The position numbers and the translations under genes are program-made. A stretch of 64,000 nucleotides of DNA from the sequence record OP172796.1; one strand, written 5' to 3'. Each line of letters starts with the position of its first letter. The first letter of the stretch is position 1. Origin of the DNA: Escherichia phage EF202P1. Below the pieces are notes generated by a model. It saw only the letters and a program-made list of their open reading frames with translations, ran no database searches and was not told the origin of the DNA. Positions 42,734 through 53,745 of this stretch are shown here, piece by piece.

Positions 42734-43093
42734 TTATGGGAACAGACACTTAATGTCATCATTTTTGAAAACGAAACTTGTGTAGTTGTGACCATCAACA
42801 TCCAGCCAAACAGCCTGAACATCTACACCATCAAGATTCTGGTAAAGCTCTTTGATGAAGTGGTCTTTTACAATCTGACTGCTAGTGGTTTCCAGCTTAA
42901 TGTTTGAGATTGCTGAACCTACAGCCATATAACCCATGACACGTTTCTTCTCAGTATGCTTAATCTTACCATCTTTGTAAGCCATAATGAGATTGGAAAG
43001 AATCTTCACACCGTAATACTTTTCAAGGTGTGTAGGTACACCATAAAAGCCTAATGCGAAGTTTTCAGAGTGGATAATGTTTTCACGTTTCAT
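42734..43093 (-). CDS. hypothetical protein (119 aa)
   Basis: ORF. Confidence 0.55.
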   Translation of the reverse strand: MKRENIIHSENFALGFYGVPTHLEKYYGVKILSNLIMAYKDGKIKHTEKKRVMGYMAVGSAISNIKLETTSSQIVKDHFIKELYQNLDGVDVQAVWLDVDGHNYTSFVFKNDDIKCLFP

Positions 43094-43094
43094 A

Positions 43095-43394
43095 TTAATC
43101 TGCCAACCTTAAATTAAAATTAACACCAAATTTTTCACATACTTCCAACATAAACTCAAGAGAGACATTACCAGTGAGATTGATTATGTTGGATACACGA
43201 GCCTGAGAGATACCACAAATTTTAGCAACTTGCTCTTGAGAAAGACCTCTGGATTTAATCTCTCTCTTAAAACGATGTGCAACGAAGTCTCGCATTTCGT
43301 CTACATCCATTGGACAAATATAACTCTCCATTTCAGCCTCTCTGTCAGCCTCCCAATCATCTTGTGGAGCATAAGGGTCAAAAACCTCATTCAT
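43095..43394 (-). CDS. XRE-family helix-turn-helix DNA-binding protein
   Basis: HTH motif LSQEQVAKICGISQARVSNIIN; start taken at the internal Met to limit overlap. Confidence 0.6.
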   Translation of the reverse strand: MNEVFDPYAPQDDWEADREAEMESYICPMDVDEMRDFVAHRFKREIKSRGLSQEQVAKICGISQARVSNIINLTGNVSLEFMLEVCEKFGVNFNLRLAD

Positions 43395-43599
43395 CTTTCT
43401 TCTTCCGTTTGCGTGAAGTGTCAATCAATGAATCTATGTTTGTAGCCCTAACCTTTTCACGTTCATCGTTAAGATAATCGTCGAGAGCCTTTTCAATCTG
43501 TGAATCATCTTGACAGATAACTGTAAAGACTGTAAAGCCGTCTGTATCATCAATTATCTTACCATAACCGCTTCTGGGATGTAACTTTTTAAGAGCCAT
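43387..43599 (-). CDS. hypothetical protein (70 aa)
   Basis: ORF. Confidence 0.45.
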   Translation of the reverse strand: MALKKLHPRSGYGKIIDDTDGFTVFTVICQDDSQIEKALDDYLNDEREKVRATNIDSLIDTSRKRKKKDE

Positions 43600-43600
43600 A

Positions 43601-43984
43601 TCAAATACCTGTGCAGCTTCTGTTTTCTAAGAAATACTCAACACCATACATAGCTTTTTGCATCAAATCTTCTTTAAACTGAATACGATGATTAAGCATA
43701 GCCTGTACATCAATATCATCATGGTGCTTCTCTTTAATATTTGCAGATTGCAGGAAATACTCTGCAAGAACACGATACTGATAGTCAGTTACCTTGTCAG
43801 TCATCTCTGTTAAAGACTCTTCAGAGATTGGTTTAAGTAACTCACCATTAGCCAAAGCAACACCTTTTACAATCTGGCAAGTGTCTTCTGGAACACCTGA
43901 TAAGTCCACATTTGGAAGTTCTGTTGCATTGACTGGTAAATTCATTGCCATAACCATTGCAGCAGCTAATAAAATCTTTTTCAT
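43601..43984 (-). CDS. secreted/periplasmic protein with signal peptide
   Basis: N-terminal MKKILLAAAMVMAMNLPVNA signal-peptide-like sequence. Confidence 0.6.
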   Translation of the reverse strand: MKKILLAAAMVMAMNLPVNATELPNVDLSGVPEDTCQIVKGVALANGELLKPISEESLTEMTDKVTDYQYRVLAEYFLQSANIKEKHHDDIDVQAMLNHRIQFKEDLMQKAMYGVEYFLENRSCTGI

Positions 43985-44513
43985 AATGACCTCAAAGTTA
44001 TATTAAATTTTGTATTACATTGAGTATAAAAATAAGCTATAACACCTGACTTGTCAACAGATTTTATAGCTTATTTGGCAGATTTTTTATAAGGCTACTG
44101 CCATCCTTCCATACCTTACTTTACCGTACCTGACAGTACAACACTTCAACTTACCCAACCACATAATACCCCACCTTATTAAAAGACCCTCTTAAAGACC
44201 TTTTAAAAAGGTAAGTCTCATTTTAATGTAGCTGAGACTAACTACCCATACTTTACCTCGCCTAACCGCACCCGAATCAACCGGACTAGACCAAGCCCCA
44301 CTGCACATCACCGAACCAAACATTACTTAAAAACCCTTTTAAAAGACTCTTAAGTGATGTAATCGAATTTTTATGTAGTTCCGATTAACTACCCTTACCA
44401 GACATTACCGTACCTGACCCTACATAACCACTCCTTACCAAGCTCAACCTCATTAAAAGACCCTGTTTAAAGACCTTTTAAAAAGGAGCCTCCGAAGAGG
44501 CTACCTAGTCAAC
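43985..44513. repeat. structured intergenic repeat region R1 (conserved-loop hairpins, C/A-rich spacers, terminator)
   Basis: Hairpins at 44077-44102, 44214-44239, 44360-44387 share loop ATTTT(T)ATGTAG; 35-nt motif TTAAAAGACCCTNTTAAAGACCTTTTAAAAAGG at 44178-44210 and 44454-44486; ~70-nt G-poor spacers. Confidence 0.6.
44476..44502 (-). terminator. rho-independent terminator (minus strand) after the two-gene cassette
   Basis: AGCCTC-TTCG-GAGGCT hairpin followed by T5 on the minus strand. Confidence 0.6.
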
Positions 44514-44954
44514 TTAGAAAGGCTTTCTACGTTGCTTGTTAATATTAGCTTTCATAGCAGCTAAGTGGTTTTGCTGTTCAATCAGTCGTGAACGTTCTTG
44601 ATGACTAAGTGCCATAGTGTTCACATTCTCAATCGCTTGAGTGGCTTGCTTTAAAGCACGACCAATCTTACCAGACATTTTGCGTTTTGCAATAGTTGCT
44701 TGATGCTTAGGTTCAACCACACGATAACCAACACCCATTGAAGCAACCAGATAAATCTTCTCTTCTTTAAGAAGCTTCTCAATAAACTTCTCAAGTCGGT
44801 TTAGACGTGTAAGTGCATAAGCCTTCATTTCATCTTCGTACTTAACAATGTCACCTTGATAAGTTGGCTTCACAATACCTAAGAAGGTATCCATCTCAGA
44901 ATGTGATACAGTGTCACCGTAACTAAACTTTGCTGCTAATGCTTTTGTATTCAT
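44514..44954 (-). CDS. hypothetical protein (146 aa)
   Basis: ORF flanked by repeat regions R1/R2. Confidence 0.6.
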   Translation of the reverse strand: MNTKALAAKFSYGDTVSHSEMDTFLGIVKPTYQGDIVKYEDEMKAYALTRLNRLEKFIEKLLKEEKIYLVASMGVGYRVVEPKHQATIAKRKMSGKIGRALKQATQAIENVNTMALSHQERSRLIEQQNHLAAMKANINKQRRKPF

Positions 44955-44956
44955 AA

Positions 44957-45953
<997 letters not shown>

Positions 45954-47090
45954 TTATTCATAATCTCGTATAACCAGCCCAACAGGGAACTGTAAAGACC
46001 CCTTACGAGTCATCTTCTGGAACTGTACCGTTAAAGGTTTCCCGATAAACTCTTCAGGATGCTCAGCAAGATACTGTTTCTTCTCATGAGTAGTCTTCCA
46101 TGAGACATCTACAAAGACATTAGGAAGAGTCTCTACAACGAACTTGCCATGACCACGTTTATCTGTCTTTACACCAGTCACTTTAAACTCTTCAGTGTGC
46201 ATCTTCTTGTGCTTAATCAAGAAGTATGAACGGTGACAACACTCATAGAAGGAGTCTTCAGAGATTGAACGGTACATTGCACCTTCAAACTTAGCTTCAA
46301 CCCACTTATCATGAGCTTCATCAAACTCTTCCCAAGAATTTACACGACGAGACTTAACAGGAACAACTTTACAGCTGTCTCTGAAGTCATTCAATGGTGA
46401 AGTCTCAATAATATCTCTACGCTCAGGCCACGTCATAGTACTGTCACAGATATCGTACCAGTAGAACTGGAGTAGATGTCGGTCTGGATTGTCAGCATTC
46501 TTAATCATAGACACAATATCTTCTAAGTCCCAACCATGAGCATAAATCTCACCATCAAAGTCTTCGACTTGTGGATGCAATTTAAGCAACAAAAGCAAAT
46601 CTGGGATTAGTTCTTCTGGGACGTTGTAAATAGTATTCTCACGAGAATAAGCCGTGAAGCTAACTAAATCAGCATCTCTTGAAATTCTACAACGAACACC
46701 ATCAAGTTTTGGTTGAGCATCAGCAGGGAATATCAAATACTTTGCATGACTAACCTTTGCAGCATCATGAGCAAGCTGCACACCTACCTTCTCAGTATTC
46801 TGTGCAGACTCTTTTGTGTAAGCATAACCTTTGCGGTCAACCTGCTTTTTATACTTTGCAGCAACTTCAAAGAGAGCTTGCTGTTCAGCGTTACGCTCAT
46901 TCTTTTTACCGATGTTTTTAGGTTCTGCTGTATACTCTTCAAACATCATCTTGCCATTTTCTTTACCGTAGGTTGTAATAACTTTGTCACCTACAGCAAC
47001 ACATGACCAGACGTTAAAAGAGCCGTCTTTATTTTGTTTGTACAGAATTGTCATTTTTAACCTCTGAGTGATACCAAGTATTGCAAGCAT
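45954..47090 (-). CDS. ATP-dependent DNA ligase
   Basis: Adenylation motif I KLDGVRC (KxDG); ~370 aa; true start may be the internal Met. Confidence 0.75.
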   Translation of the reverse strand: MLAILGITQRLKMTILYKQNKDGSFNVWSCVAVGDKVITTYGKENGKMMFEEYTAEPKNIGKKNERNAEQQALFEVAAKYKKQVDRKGYAYTKESAQNTEKVGVQLAHDAAKVSHAKYLIFPADAQPKLDGVRCRISRDADLVSFTAYSRENTIYNVPEELIPDLLLLLKLHPQVEDFDGEIYAHGWDLEDIVSMIKNADNPDRHLLQFYWYDICDSTMTWPERRDIIETSPLNDFRDSCKVVPVKSRRVNSWEEFDEAHDKWVEAKFEGAMYRSISEDSFYECCHRSYFLIKHKKMHTEEFKVTGVKTDKRGHGKFVVETLPNVFVDVSWKTTHEKKQYLAEHPEEFIGKPLTVQFQKMTRKGSLQFPVGLVIRDYE

Positions 47091-47247
47091 TACATGCGTA
47101 AAGTTCTAAGTCATTTTTATCTGGTTTATGAAAACAGTTTGCTCCACAGTGGCAACGAAACGGCTTTCCACCAACTGTCAGGATGAAGGATTGAACCTTT
47201 CCATCAGGAGTCCGTACAGCATTTTTATGCTTATCTTCTTTATTCAT
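47029..47247 (-). CDS. zinc-finger protein (72 aa)
   Basis: CHCGANC...CNAC cysteine cluster. Confidence 0.4.
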   Translation of the reverse strand: MNKEDKHKNAVRTPDGKVQSFILTVGGKPFRCHCGANCFHKPDKNDLELYACNACNTWYHSEVKNDNSVQTK

Positions 47248-47403
47248 TTGTGATATTGCCTTTGTCAGATTTCATATAGGACATGTTACTATGCCTTTTA
47301 ATAAAATGTACAACGCATTTTGGTGTATCTTTTGTGTCTTTGATGTGCAATCTATCGAAACTGTGTACTGTGAAGGTTGCATCTGTCATTGTCTGCTTAG
47401 ATT

Positions 47404-47709
47404 TCATTTTCTCTTACCACCAATCTCTACGTCAATGACTTGAACATCACCAGCAACATCAAACTTATGAATGATGCTTTCCACAGTGTAAGTCCAACCC
47501 TCGATTCGAACCAACTCACCTTCTCGTGGGACGATTGGGTTACGTTGAGCTACGGTTGTAGTGGAGTGAACAACATCATAACAGTAGATATAGTTTACTA
47601 GGACTTCCATCTTGAAAACCTCACTCAATAACAGTAGTGTGTGATTGACCATTTTTGCCATAGCTATAAGATGTTGTTGTTTGAGAGTTTGGACATCTGA
47701 CAACAACAA
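47404..47709 (-). CDS. hypothetical protein (start uncertain)
   Basis: ORF overlapping the upstream ORF in another frame. Confidence 0.4.
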   Translation of the reverse strand: MLLSDVQTLKQQHLIAMAKMVNHTLLLLSEVFKMEVLVNYIYCYDVVHSTTTVAQRNPIVPREGELVRIEGWTYTVESIIHKFDVAGDVQVIDVEIGGKRK

Positions 47710-47881
47710 TATCTCTGCTTATGGCATCACCATGTAACTTATAGACTTTGCAATCTTGCATCTCTGGTGGGAGGCTATAAGAAGCATTTTTGTCCTCGTA
47801 AGAGGGATTACAGCCAGATAGAAGGATAACACTAAGCACAATTACTGCTTTCCACATAATACTTCTCCTATTACTGTTCAC
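47621..47881 (-). CDS. putative lipoprotein
   Basis: Signal peptide with lipobox-like LSGC (MWKAVIVLSVILLSGC). Confidence 0.45.
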   Translation of the reverse strand: MNSNRRSIMWKAVIVLSVILLSGCNPSYEDKNASYSLPPEMQDCKVYKLHGDAISRDIVVVRCPNSQTTTSYSYGKNGQSHTTVIE

Positions 47882-48043
47882 GATGTTCTACTTCTCTGTA
47901 CGTTCGTCGATAGTTTATAATAAGCTGTGCTAACTCGTTGCTTTTAACATCTGAACGTAGAAGTTGCCAATCAAAACCTTTACCGACTCTTCCATACAAA
48001 CTAAAGAATTTTACTTTGCGTTTCATTTTGGTATCTCCAATAC

Positions 48044-48271
48044 TCAGATGTCAATGCTAATACGTTCACCCTTAAGGACTCCTGTACGGTCCCTTGCAAT
48101 CTTACCGTCAACAATAAGGATATGTGCAGACCTTAAAGATTCGCCATTAAAAGCTTTTACGAACTTACAAGGCATTACCACAATAGACATCTCCTGAATC
48201 AACTCTGGAGTATAGCAATTGTCGTGAAGTTGCTGAATAACGTCTGCAAGTGTCATTTTTGATGTCTCCAA
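48044..48271 (-). CDS. hypothetical protein (75 aa), paralog of the 48459-48677 product
   Basis: Shared C-terminal motif (I.DGKIARDRTGVLKGERISI vs IAGGKIAKDKTGYLKGERVNI). Confidence 0.5.
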   Translation of the reverse strand: METSKMTLADVIQQLHDNCYTPELIQEMSIVVMPCKFVKAFNGESLRSAHILIVDGKIARDRTGVLKGERISIDI

Positions 48272-48462
48272 TATTCAATGTCAATAAGTTCTTGTGCAAT
48301 GCTTTTCAGATTACCTTTCAAGAAAACCTTCTCAGAACCTGAAAGAGATGAATTGTCAATTAACCTGTTCATTCTCTCAAACAACTTCTGCTTACGGTTC
48401 TTGATAGTTTCCTTTGAAGCACCTTTCATCATCGCTGCATGGGTTCTTCCACGGTGGCTCAT
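48253..48462 (-). CDS. hypothetical basic protein (69 aa)
   Basis: ORF between the two paralogs. Confidence 0.45.
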   Translation of the reverse strand: MSHRGRTHAAMMKGASKETIKNRKQKLFERMNRLIDNSSLSGSEKVFLKGNLKSIAQELIDIEYWRHQK

Positions 48463-48677
48463 AGTAAACTCTCAATATTTACACGCTCACCTTTTAAGTA
48501 GCCTGTCTTATCTTTTGCGATTTTACCTCCAGCAATAAAGATATCTACTCTACGTAGAACTTCAGGGTTTACCTTCAAATTCCTACAGCTACTGCAAAGA
48601 ACAATAAACATCCCTTCAATCTCTTTTTGAGAATAACCTGCACATTGCAACTGAACTTCAATCTCTGAAAGTGTCAT
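48459..48677 (-). CDS. hypothetical protein (72 aa), paralog of the 48044-48271 product
   Basis: See 48044-48271. Confidence 0.5.
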   Translation of the reverse strand: MTLSEIEVQLQCAGYSQKEIEGMFIVLCSSCRNLKVNPEVLRRVDIFIAGGKIAKDKTGYLKGERVNIESLL

Positions 48678-48738
48678 GTGACCTCCTATACAAGATATAG
48701 TATAAGGTACTCTTCCATGAGCACCTTGTCAATACTAA

Positions 48739-51468
48739 TTAGTGTACTTCAAGCCAGCTTTTGCCAACCTTACCAGTGCCTGTAACAAGCGTTTCTTTCT
48801 TAAGACCTAAGTTTTTAGAAGCTTGTCCATAATACCAGTCAGTAACTGCTTTCACATCTGCCGTCATACTCTCTGGACATTCCCAACTCGTCTCGTCGTG
48901 ATATGCGCAGAGCAAACGAGCACCAATAGCTGGTTGACGACCATTCAACTTCATCAAACCTTCGTCAATCATACGACGACAAGCAAGGTTAATCGCCTCA
49001 TTTTGAATCTGAGCCTCTGAACCCATCAAAAGATAGTTCAACAGCTTGTGTGGAGATTTACACCACAACCAAGCTCCAGCAACCTTTACAAAACCCCCTT
49101 TAGAGATTGCAGCGGTCTTACCAAACACCTCTTCAAGTGCCTTCTTAGTCGCTTTGTAGTCAGCTTCCAAGTCATCTAGCAGCTTCTTAATTTTAGGCAA
49201 ACGAATAAAGTAAGTCTGTTTAGTCAGTGCACCTTCCTGAGTAGTTGCAGCTTTAATCGTCTTAGCAAACTTCTCGTCACCTGCACCGAACAGTAGTGCA
49301 TAGATACCATTCTTAGCTTTCTTACGACCCTTGCTAATCTCATGAAGAAGGTTCTCATCCTGAGTAGCTCGACAAGTCAAGATATCCTGCTCATCATTCA
49401 AGCTAAAGTAAATACTGTTCAGTGTGTGTGCATCAGTCCCTGAATAGACAACGTAAAGGTCGTTCTCAGAGTCATAGCGAAGGTACTTATCAATCTCTGG
49501 GTTGAGGTACTCATCAAAGTGTTTGCAGTAATAGCGTCCATCTTCTTGACGAATAAACTCAATCTCTTCTTTACCTTGCGTTACCGCTTTGGTGAAGTCT
49601 TTGTCACCCATAAAGTTACAAAGAAGAACTAGCTGGGCTGAGTTCATGTCTACAGATACAACGTTAGTACCTTCTTCACAAATCCACACTGCCCTCATTG
49701 GTTCCCCATAGACAGCAGCACCAGACGGTACGTTTACAATACCATATTGTGTCATACGTCCAGTTGAAGTACCAAACACCATTGCACCAGCACTAAGGCG
49801 ACCATCAGGACGAATCTGGTTCAACCAACCTTTTTCATCATCCTTTGAGTTCTCAATAGTTCTGCGTCGGTGCATCAAAGTATAGTATTTCGCAATCTTC
49901 TGTCCAAGCTCACCTTCAATCGTATCATAAGATGATTCAGTAAGTTTTGGTGAAGTACGGATTAAACAAGGTTCAAGCAAATCTGTGTACTTCTTCACAG
50001 ACCAGTTATGTTCAATGTACTGGACACCTTCATGTTCAACATAACTCAAACCGCACCGTTCAACCATCTCCTGCCATTTAGGATGCTTTGTAATCATCTT
50101 TTTGTTGTCTTTGAAGCGACAAACCTTAACAGGACGACCATCAGAGTCTTTCTTATAGTTCCAGTCATCTGGAATCCAACCAACTGATTTCAAGTAGTCT
50201 TTAACAACTGCTACCTGAGTCATACGAGAAACTTCGAACTCAATTGGTGTATATGGTGCATCAATCAAACCTGTGTAGCGACTTGACTCAAGTTCAAAGT
50301 GGTTAACAATATGACTGTTATAGTACTTCACAGTTTTAACTGTTTTTACTGGCTTCCAGTCTTTGCATTTCTTACCAATCTTTGCGTTCAACTCATTGCA
50401 AATTGCACGAGCATCCTTCATTGCTACAAAACCTTCTTTGTACTCTTCACCAGTTACAGAGTTGGTTGGTGTATAGCAATTCCGCTTTTCAATGTTAAAA
50501 ATCTTTGTAGTTGGCTTACCAAATGGCTTGATTTCGTATGTCTGCATCTCACCGTTACGTACCTGCTGACGATACTTCGTCTTAGGGTACTTGGTAATTC
50601 TCTTCAGTCCATCTGCATGACCGAATGCTTCAACATACTCATTCCAAGCTTTTGCAAATTCTTCTCCAGTGACTTTACCTTTAGTCTTAATAGTTGGAGG
50701 AAGATGTGGTTCAACTTCTGAAGCAAGCTCGTTAGTCAACTTGTCAAGTTCCTTTACATGAAACTCCATAAGCTCTTTATCAGCTTTCCAACCATTGATA
50801 GCTTGTTGACTCATCCAGAAAGATGTTTCTTTAGCTCGCATGTAGGTTTCATAGGTGTCTATGCCACACTTCTTTAGCTTCAGATATTCATTATCCAATG
50901 CACGTTTAGTTTTGGCGTTAATACGGATATCTTCCACAACACGAGTGAAGATTTCTGCATTCCACACACCCCAATGTTCAATCTCTGGTTTACGGACACC
51001 AACACGAGCACCCCATGCTGCCAAGCCATGAGCACCTTTATAGCCTTTTGGAGTTGGTCTATCCATCCACTGAACACGAGACTGGATAAGAGAATCCTGA
51101 AAGAAATTACTCCACGGCTTACACTTTGGATTATCAAAGTTCCACAAATCAGGTGCAATGTGATTGAAAACCCACCAGTCATACCCTAAACCATTATGGA
51201 TGCAAAGTCGTTTTGCCTTTAACGCAAACTCAATACCTTCACGCAAACCACCCTTAATGTACTTGGTATACTTGTGACCGAGGATAGGCTCATCTGTAAA
51301 GACCCATACAGGTGGCTCTTCATCGTCAGATTTATAGTCTGCGAAAGCCATTACGTGCACTTTAGTGAACTCAAGGAGTAAACCATCAGTTTCTGTATCA
51401 CCAACTAAATGTAAGTTTTTAAAATCTACGTTTTCCATTTTTACTCCCTCTAAAATCATTAACCTCAT
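48739..51468 (-). CDS. DNA polymerase, family A, with 3'-5' exonuclease domain
   Basis: Exo I motif VGDTETDGL near the N-terminus; motif C-like CAYHDE near the C-terminus; 909 aa. Confidence 0.85.
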   Translation of the reverse strand: MRLMILEGVKMENVDFKNLHLVGDTETDGLLLEFTKVHVMAFADYKSDDEEPPVWVFTDEPILGHKYTKYIKGGLREGIEFALKAKRLCIHNGLGYDWWVFNHIAPDLWNFDNPKCKPWSNFFQDSLIQSRVQWMDRPTPKGYKGAHGLAAWGARVGVRKPEIEHWGVWNAEIFTRVVEDIRINAKTKRALDNEYLKLKKCGIDTYETYMRAKETSFWMSQQAINGWKADKELMEFHVKELDKLTNELASEVEPHLPPTIKTKGKVTGEEFAKAWNEYVEAFGHADGLKRITKYPKTKYRQQVRNGEMQTYEIKPFGKPTTKIFNIEKRNCYTPTNSVTGEEYKEGFVAMKDARAICNELNAKIGKKCKDWKPVKTVKTVKYYNSHIVNHFELESSRYTGLIDAPYTPIEFEVSRMTQVAVVKDYLKSVGWIPDDWNYKKDSDGRPVKVCRFKDNKKMITKHPKWQEMVERCGLSYVEHEGVQYIEHNWSVKKYTDLLEPCLIRTSPKLTESSYDTIEGELGQKIAKYYTLMHRRRTIENSKDDEKGWLNQIRPDGRLSAGAMVFGTSTGRMTQYGIVNVPSGAAVYGEPMRAVWICEEGTNVVSVDMNSAQLVLLCNFMGDKDFTKAVTQGKEEIEFIRQEDGRYYCKHFDEYLNPEIDKYLRYDSENDLYVVYSGTDAHTLNSIYFSLNDEQDILTCRATQDENLLHEISKGRKKAKNGIYALLFGAGDEKFAKTIKAATTQEGALTKQTYFIRLPKIKKLLDDLEADYKATKKALEEVFGKTAAISKGGFVKVAGAWLWCKSPHKLLNYLLMGSEAQIQNEAINLACRRMIDEGLMKLNGRQPAIGARLLCAYHDETSWECPESMTADVKAVTDWYYGQASKNLGLKKETLVTGTGKVGKSWLEVH

Positions 51469-51496
51469 ACATTACTGCAAAAAATTATAAAAAGCA

Positions 51497-51521
51497 AGTT
51501 GACAATGTACTTGACAAGGTG
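51497..51521 (+). promoter_or_regulatory. conserved 25-bp tandem-TTGACA element (second copy)
   Basis: GTTGACAATGTACTTGACAAGGTGT, 24 of 25 identical to 8992-9016. Confidence 0.5.
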
Positions 51522-51695
51522 TTAATCTTTGCGAAGTGGGTTTTTACTTAAAAGGTTACTTAACAGTTTAACTATACAGATACTTTAAAACTCTTAAAAG
51601 ATTATTTAATAGCTTTTAAAAAGCTTTAAAGTATAACGTATAGAATACGTTAAGATAAAAGATTAAAACTTAATAGTTACTTAAAAGAGGCTTAC

Positions 51696-52118
51696 ATGCA
51701 GAAAATGTTTGTTCACCCAGACATAGCTGACTTTGTTAGAGCTTTGCAGAAGTTGGAAGAACTTGACATTGCTGCTCAACGGGAATATGCTCACCATCAC
51801 AGGAGAATGGTTGATATACAACATGAAATAGAGTTGTCTGAAAACTATGAAGATGACTTAAAATGCTCTGTATTTGAGCATATGAAAGATGTTGCTACAG
51901 CGAGACGTAAAGCTAAAGATACAGTTGCTTTACTAGATTCTCTTAAAAAGAGGTTGCAAAGTGGTACAGACCTGTGTAATCTAGCATCACTGATTAACGA
52001 TGTTGAAACTTCTTGGGATAGACATTACTATCCACGTTCTGAAAAGACACTTGACTTTTCTTCGTCAGAAAACTTAAAATGTTCTAGAAAGAAACTTAAC
52101 CAACTGAGAGAGAAATAA
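51696..52118 (+). CDS. hypothetical protein (140 aa)
   Basis: ORF. Confidence 0.55.
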   Translation: MQKMFVHPDIADFVRALQKLEELDIAAQREYAHHHRRMVDIQHEIELSENYEDDLKCSVFEHMKDVATARRKAKDTVALLDSLKKRLQSGTDLCNLASLINDVETSWDRHYYPRSEKTLDFSSSENLKCSRKKLNQLREK

Positions 52119-52119
52119 T

Positions 52120-52932
52120 ATGAATATCGATGTAGAAAAGATGCTTGAAGAAAAAGGTGTTGACGAAGCGTTCTTAATCAATGCCGTAGAAAGCATGGCT
52201 ATGATTCTTCGTGGCAACAACTACACAGAACAGTTTATGCCTGCAAGCTATAACTTGCCTGAAGACAAGTCTGATAACGGTGCTTTTGCAGAACAGGTTA
52301 ATATGATGCTGTGTGACAAAAAGCTTGCCTTAGCATCTATTGTTGTAGGTGTTGATGCTCTTGCAGAGTTCATTTTTTATGAGATGCAGAAAAATGACTA
52401 TATTGCCATGACACCTGAAGAAAAAGACTCACTACTACTCTTAGATAATAATGAGCTAGTTGACCTGTTAATTTCGTCAACGAGTGCTGTTATGGCTGCT
52501 CTTGAGAAGCGAATGGAAGAGAATCTGTCACGATATGAAAAACTTGATTGGGGTGTAGAAGAGTTAAACCCACGAATCAAAGAGATTATCCAGCAAACTA
52601 AAGACTCTTTAGCAGAAGCTGTGAAAGATGACTCTGTAGCTGATGTAGAACCACTACAGGTGAAGGTTGCTCTGATGATTCCCGCTATCTCTACAATGAT
52701 GAATATCGTTGCACTAATCCAACTTTCTCAGATGTTGGGTGTAACCATTGAGTTTGTTGAGGAGATGACTGGTGGTGTCAGTATGCAAGCAATCAATGAT
52801 GTTTTGGTAAACATTGGTGCTTCAATCATTGAAGAGAAGCTGCGTATTAACTTCGGTGATGATTTTGTGAAGCAAATCTCAGCTATGGCTGAAAAAGAGC
52901 ATTCACAGATTACCAGTGACCAACTGCACTAA
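52120..52932 (+). CDS. hypothetical acidic protein (270 aa)
   Basis: ORF followed by terminator. Confidence 0.55.
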   Translation: MNIDVEKMLEEKGVDEAFLINAVESMAMILRGNNYTEQFMPASYNLPEDKSDNGAFAEQVNMMLCDKKLALASIVVGVDALAEFIFYEMQKNDYIAMTPEEKDSLLLLDNNELVDLLISSTSAVMAALEKRMEENLSRYEKLDWGVEELNPRIKEIIQQTKDSLAEAVKDDSVADVEPLQVKVALMIPAISTMMNIVALIQLSQMLGVTIEFVEEMTGGVSMQAINDVLVNIGASIIEEKLRINFGDDFVKQISAMAEKEHSQITSDQLH

Positions 52933-52951
52933 GTCTTTATAAATCTTACAA

Positions 52952-52975
52952 GCCTCCTTAGTTGGGGGCTTTTTA
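52952..52975 (+). terminator. rho-independent terminator
   Basis: GCCTCC-TTAGTT-GGGGGC plus T-run. Confidence 0.6.
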
Positions 52976-52993
52976 GTAATTAAGGGAGACAAA

Positions 52994-53737
52994 ATGAGTA
53001 ATATTATTGCATTTACTGGAAAGGCACGTTCTGGAAAAGATACCTCATGCTCTATTGTTAAGAATATCCTAGAAGATGAGTATGGCTACAATGTTGCAGT
53101 AATGGCCTATGCAGACAATCTTAAGCTATCTGCATCAAAGATATTTGACTTGACATGGAATGACCTGTACGGCGAAACTAAAGAGACTCCACAGGTTTTT
53201 GATTTATCATACTCTGAACTTATGGGTAAAGTTACGGAAGCTATGGAGTTCACCTTCAGAGATGAACGTTACCATATGGACTTTAAGCTTATGTCGGAGT
53301 TAACCGGACGATTAATCATGGAACTTAAGAAGGTTGCCAAGCCAACTCTATTGACACGTCTGGGATTTAGTAAGAAGTATAAATTCTCATCAAGACAAAT
53401 TCAACAGATTTGGGGCACTGAAGTAATCCGTAAAGTTATGGGTGACAAATTCTGGGCTAAAGACCTTGAAAAACGAATGGCTCGCTTCTTTGAATCTTGT
53501 TCACTTATGAATCAAGAGGGTGTTGTTTTAATCAGTGACTTAAGGTTTGACTCTGAAGCTGAGTGGCTGAGTAGATTTGCACACCAGATTATTGAAGTAA
53601 AAAGAGACAATGTGGACAAGGTTTCATCACATGTTTCAGAAAATGGAATTTCTACCAAATATGCGCGTGACATTATCCATAATAATGGTACTCTTGCAGA
53701 CCTTGAAAGCAAGCTAAGAGCTATCCTGAAAATTTAA
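52994..53737 (+). CDS. deoxynucleoside monophosphate kinase-like P-loop protein
   Basis: N-terminal P-loop FTGKARSGKDT resembling phage dNMP kinases. Confidence 0.5.
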   Translation: MSNIIAFTGKARSGKDTSCSIVKNILEDEYGYNVAVMAYADNLKLSASKIFDLTWNDLYGETKETPQVFDLSYSELMGKVTEAMEFTFRDERYHMDFKLMSELTGRLIMELKKVAKPTLLTRLGFSKKYKFSSRQIQQIWGTEVIRKVMGDKFWAKDLEKRMARFFESCSLMNQEGVVLISDLRFDSEAEWLSRFAHQIIEVKRDNVDKVSSHVSENGISTKYARDIIHNNGTLADLESKLRAILKI

Positions 53738-53745
53738 AAGAGAGA

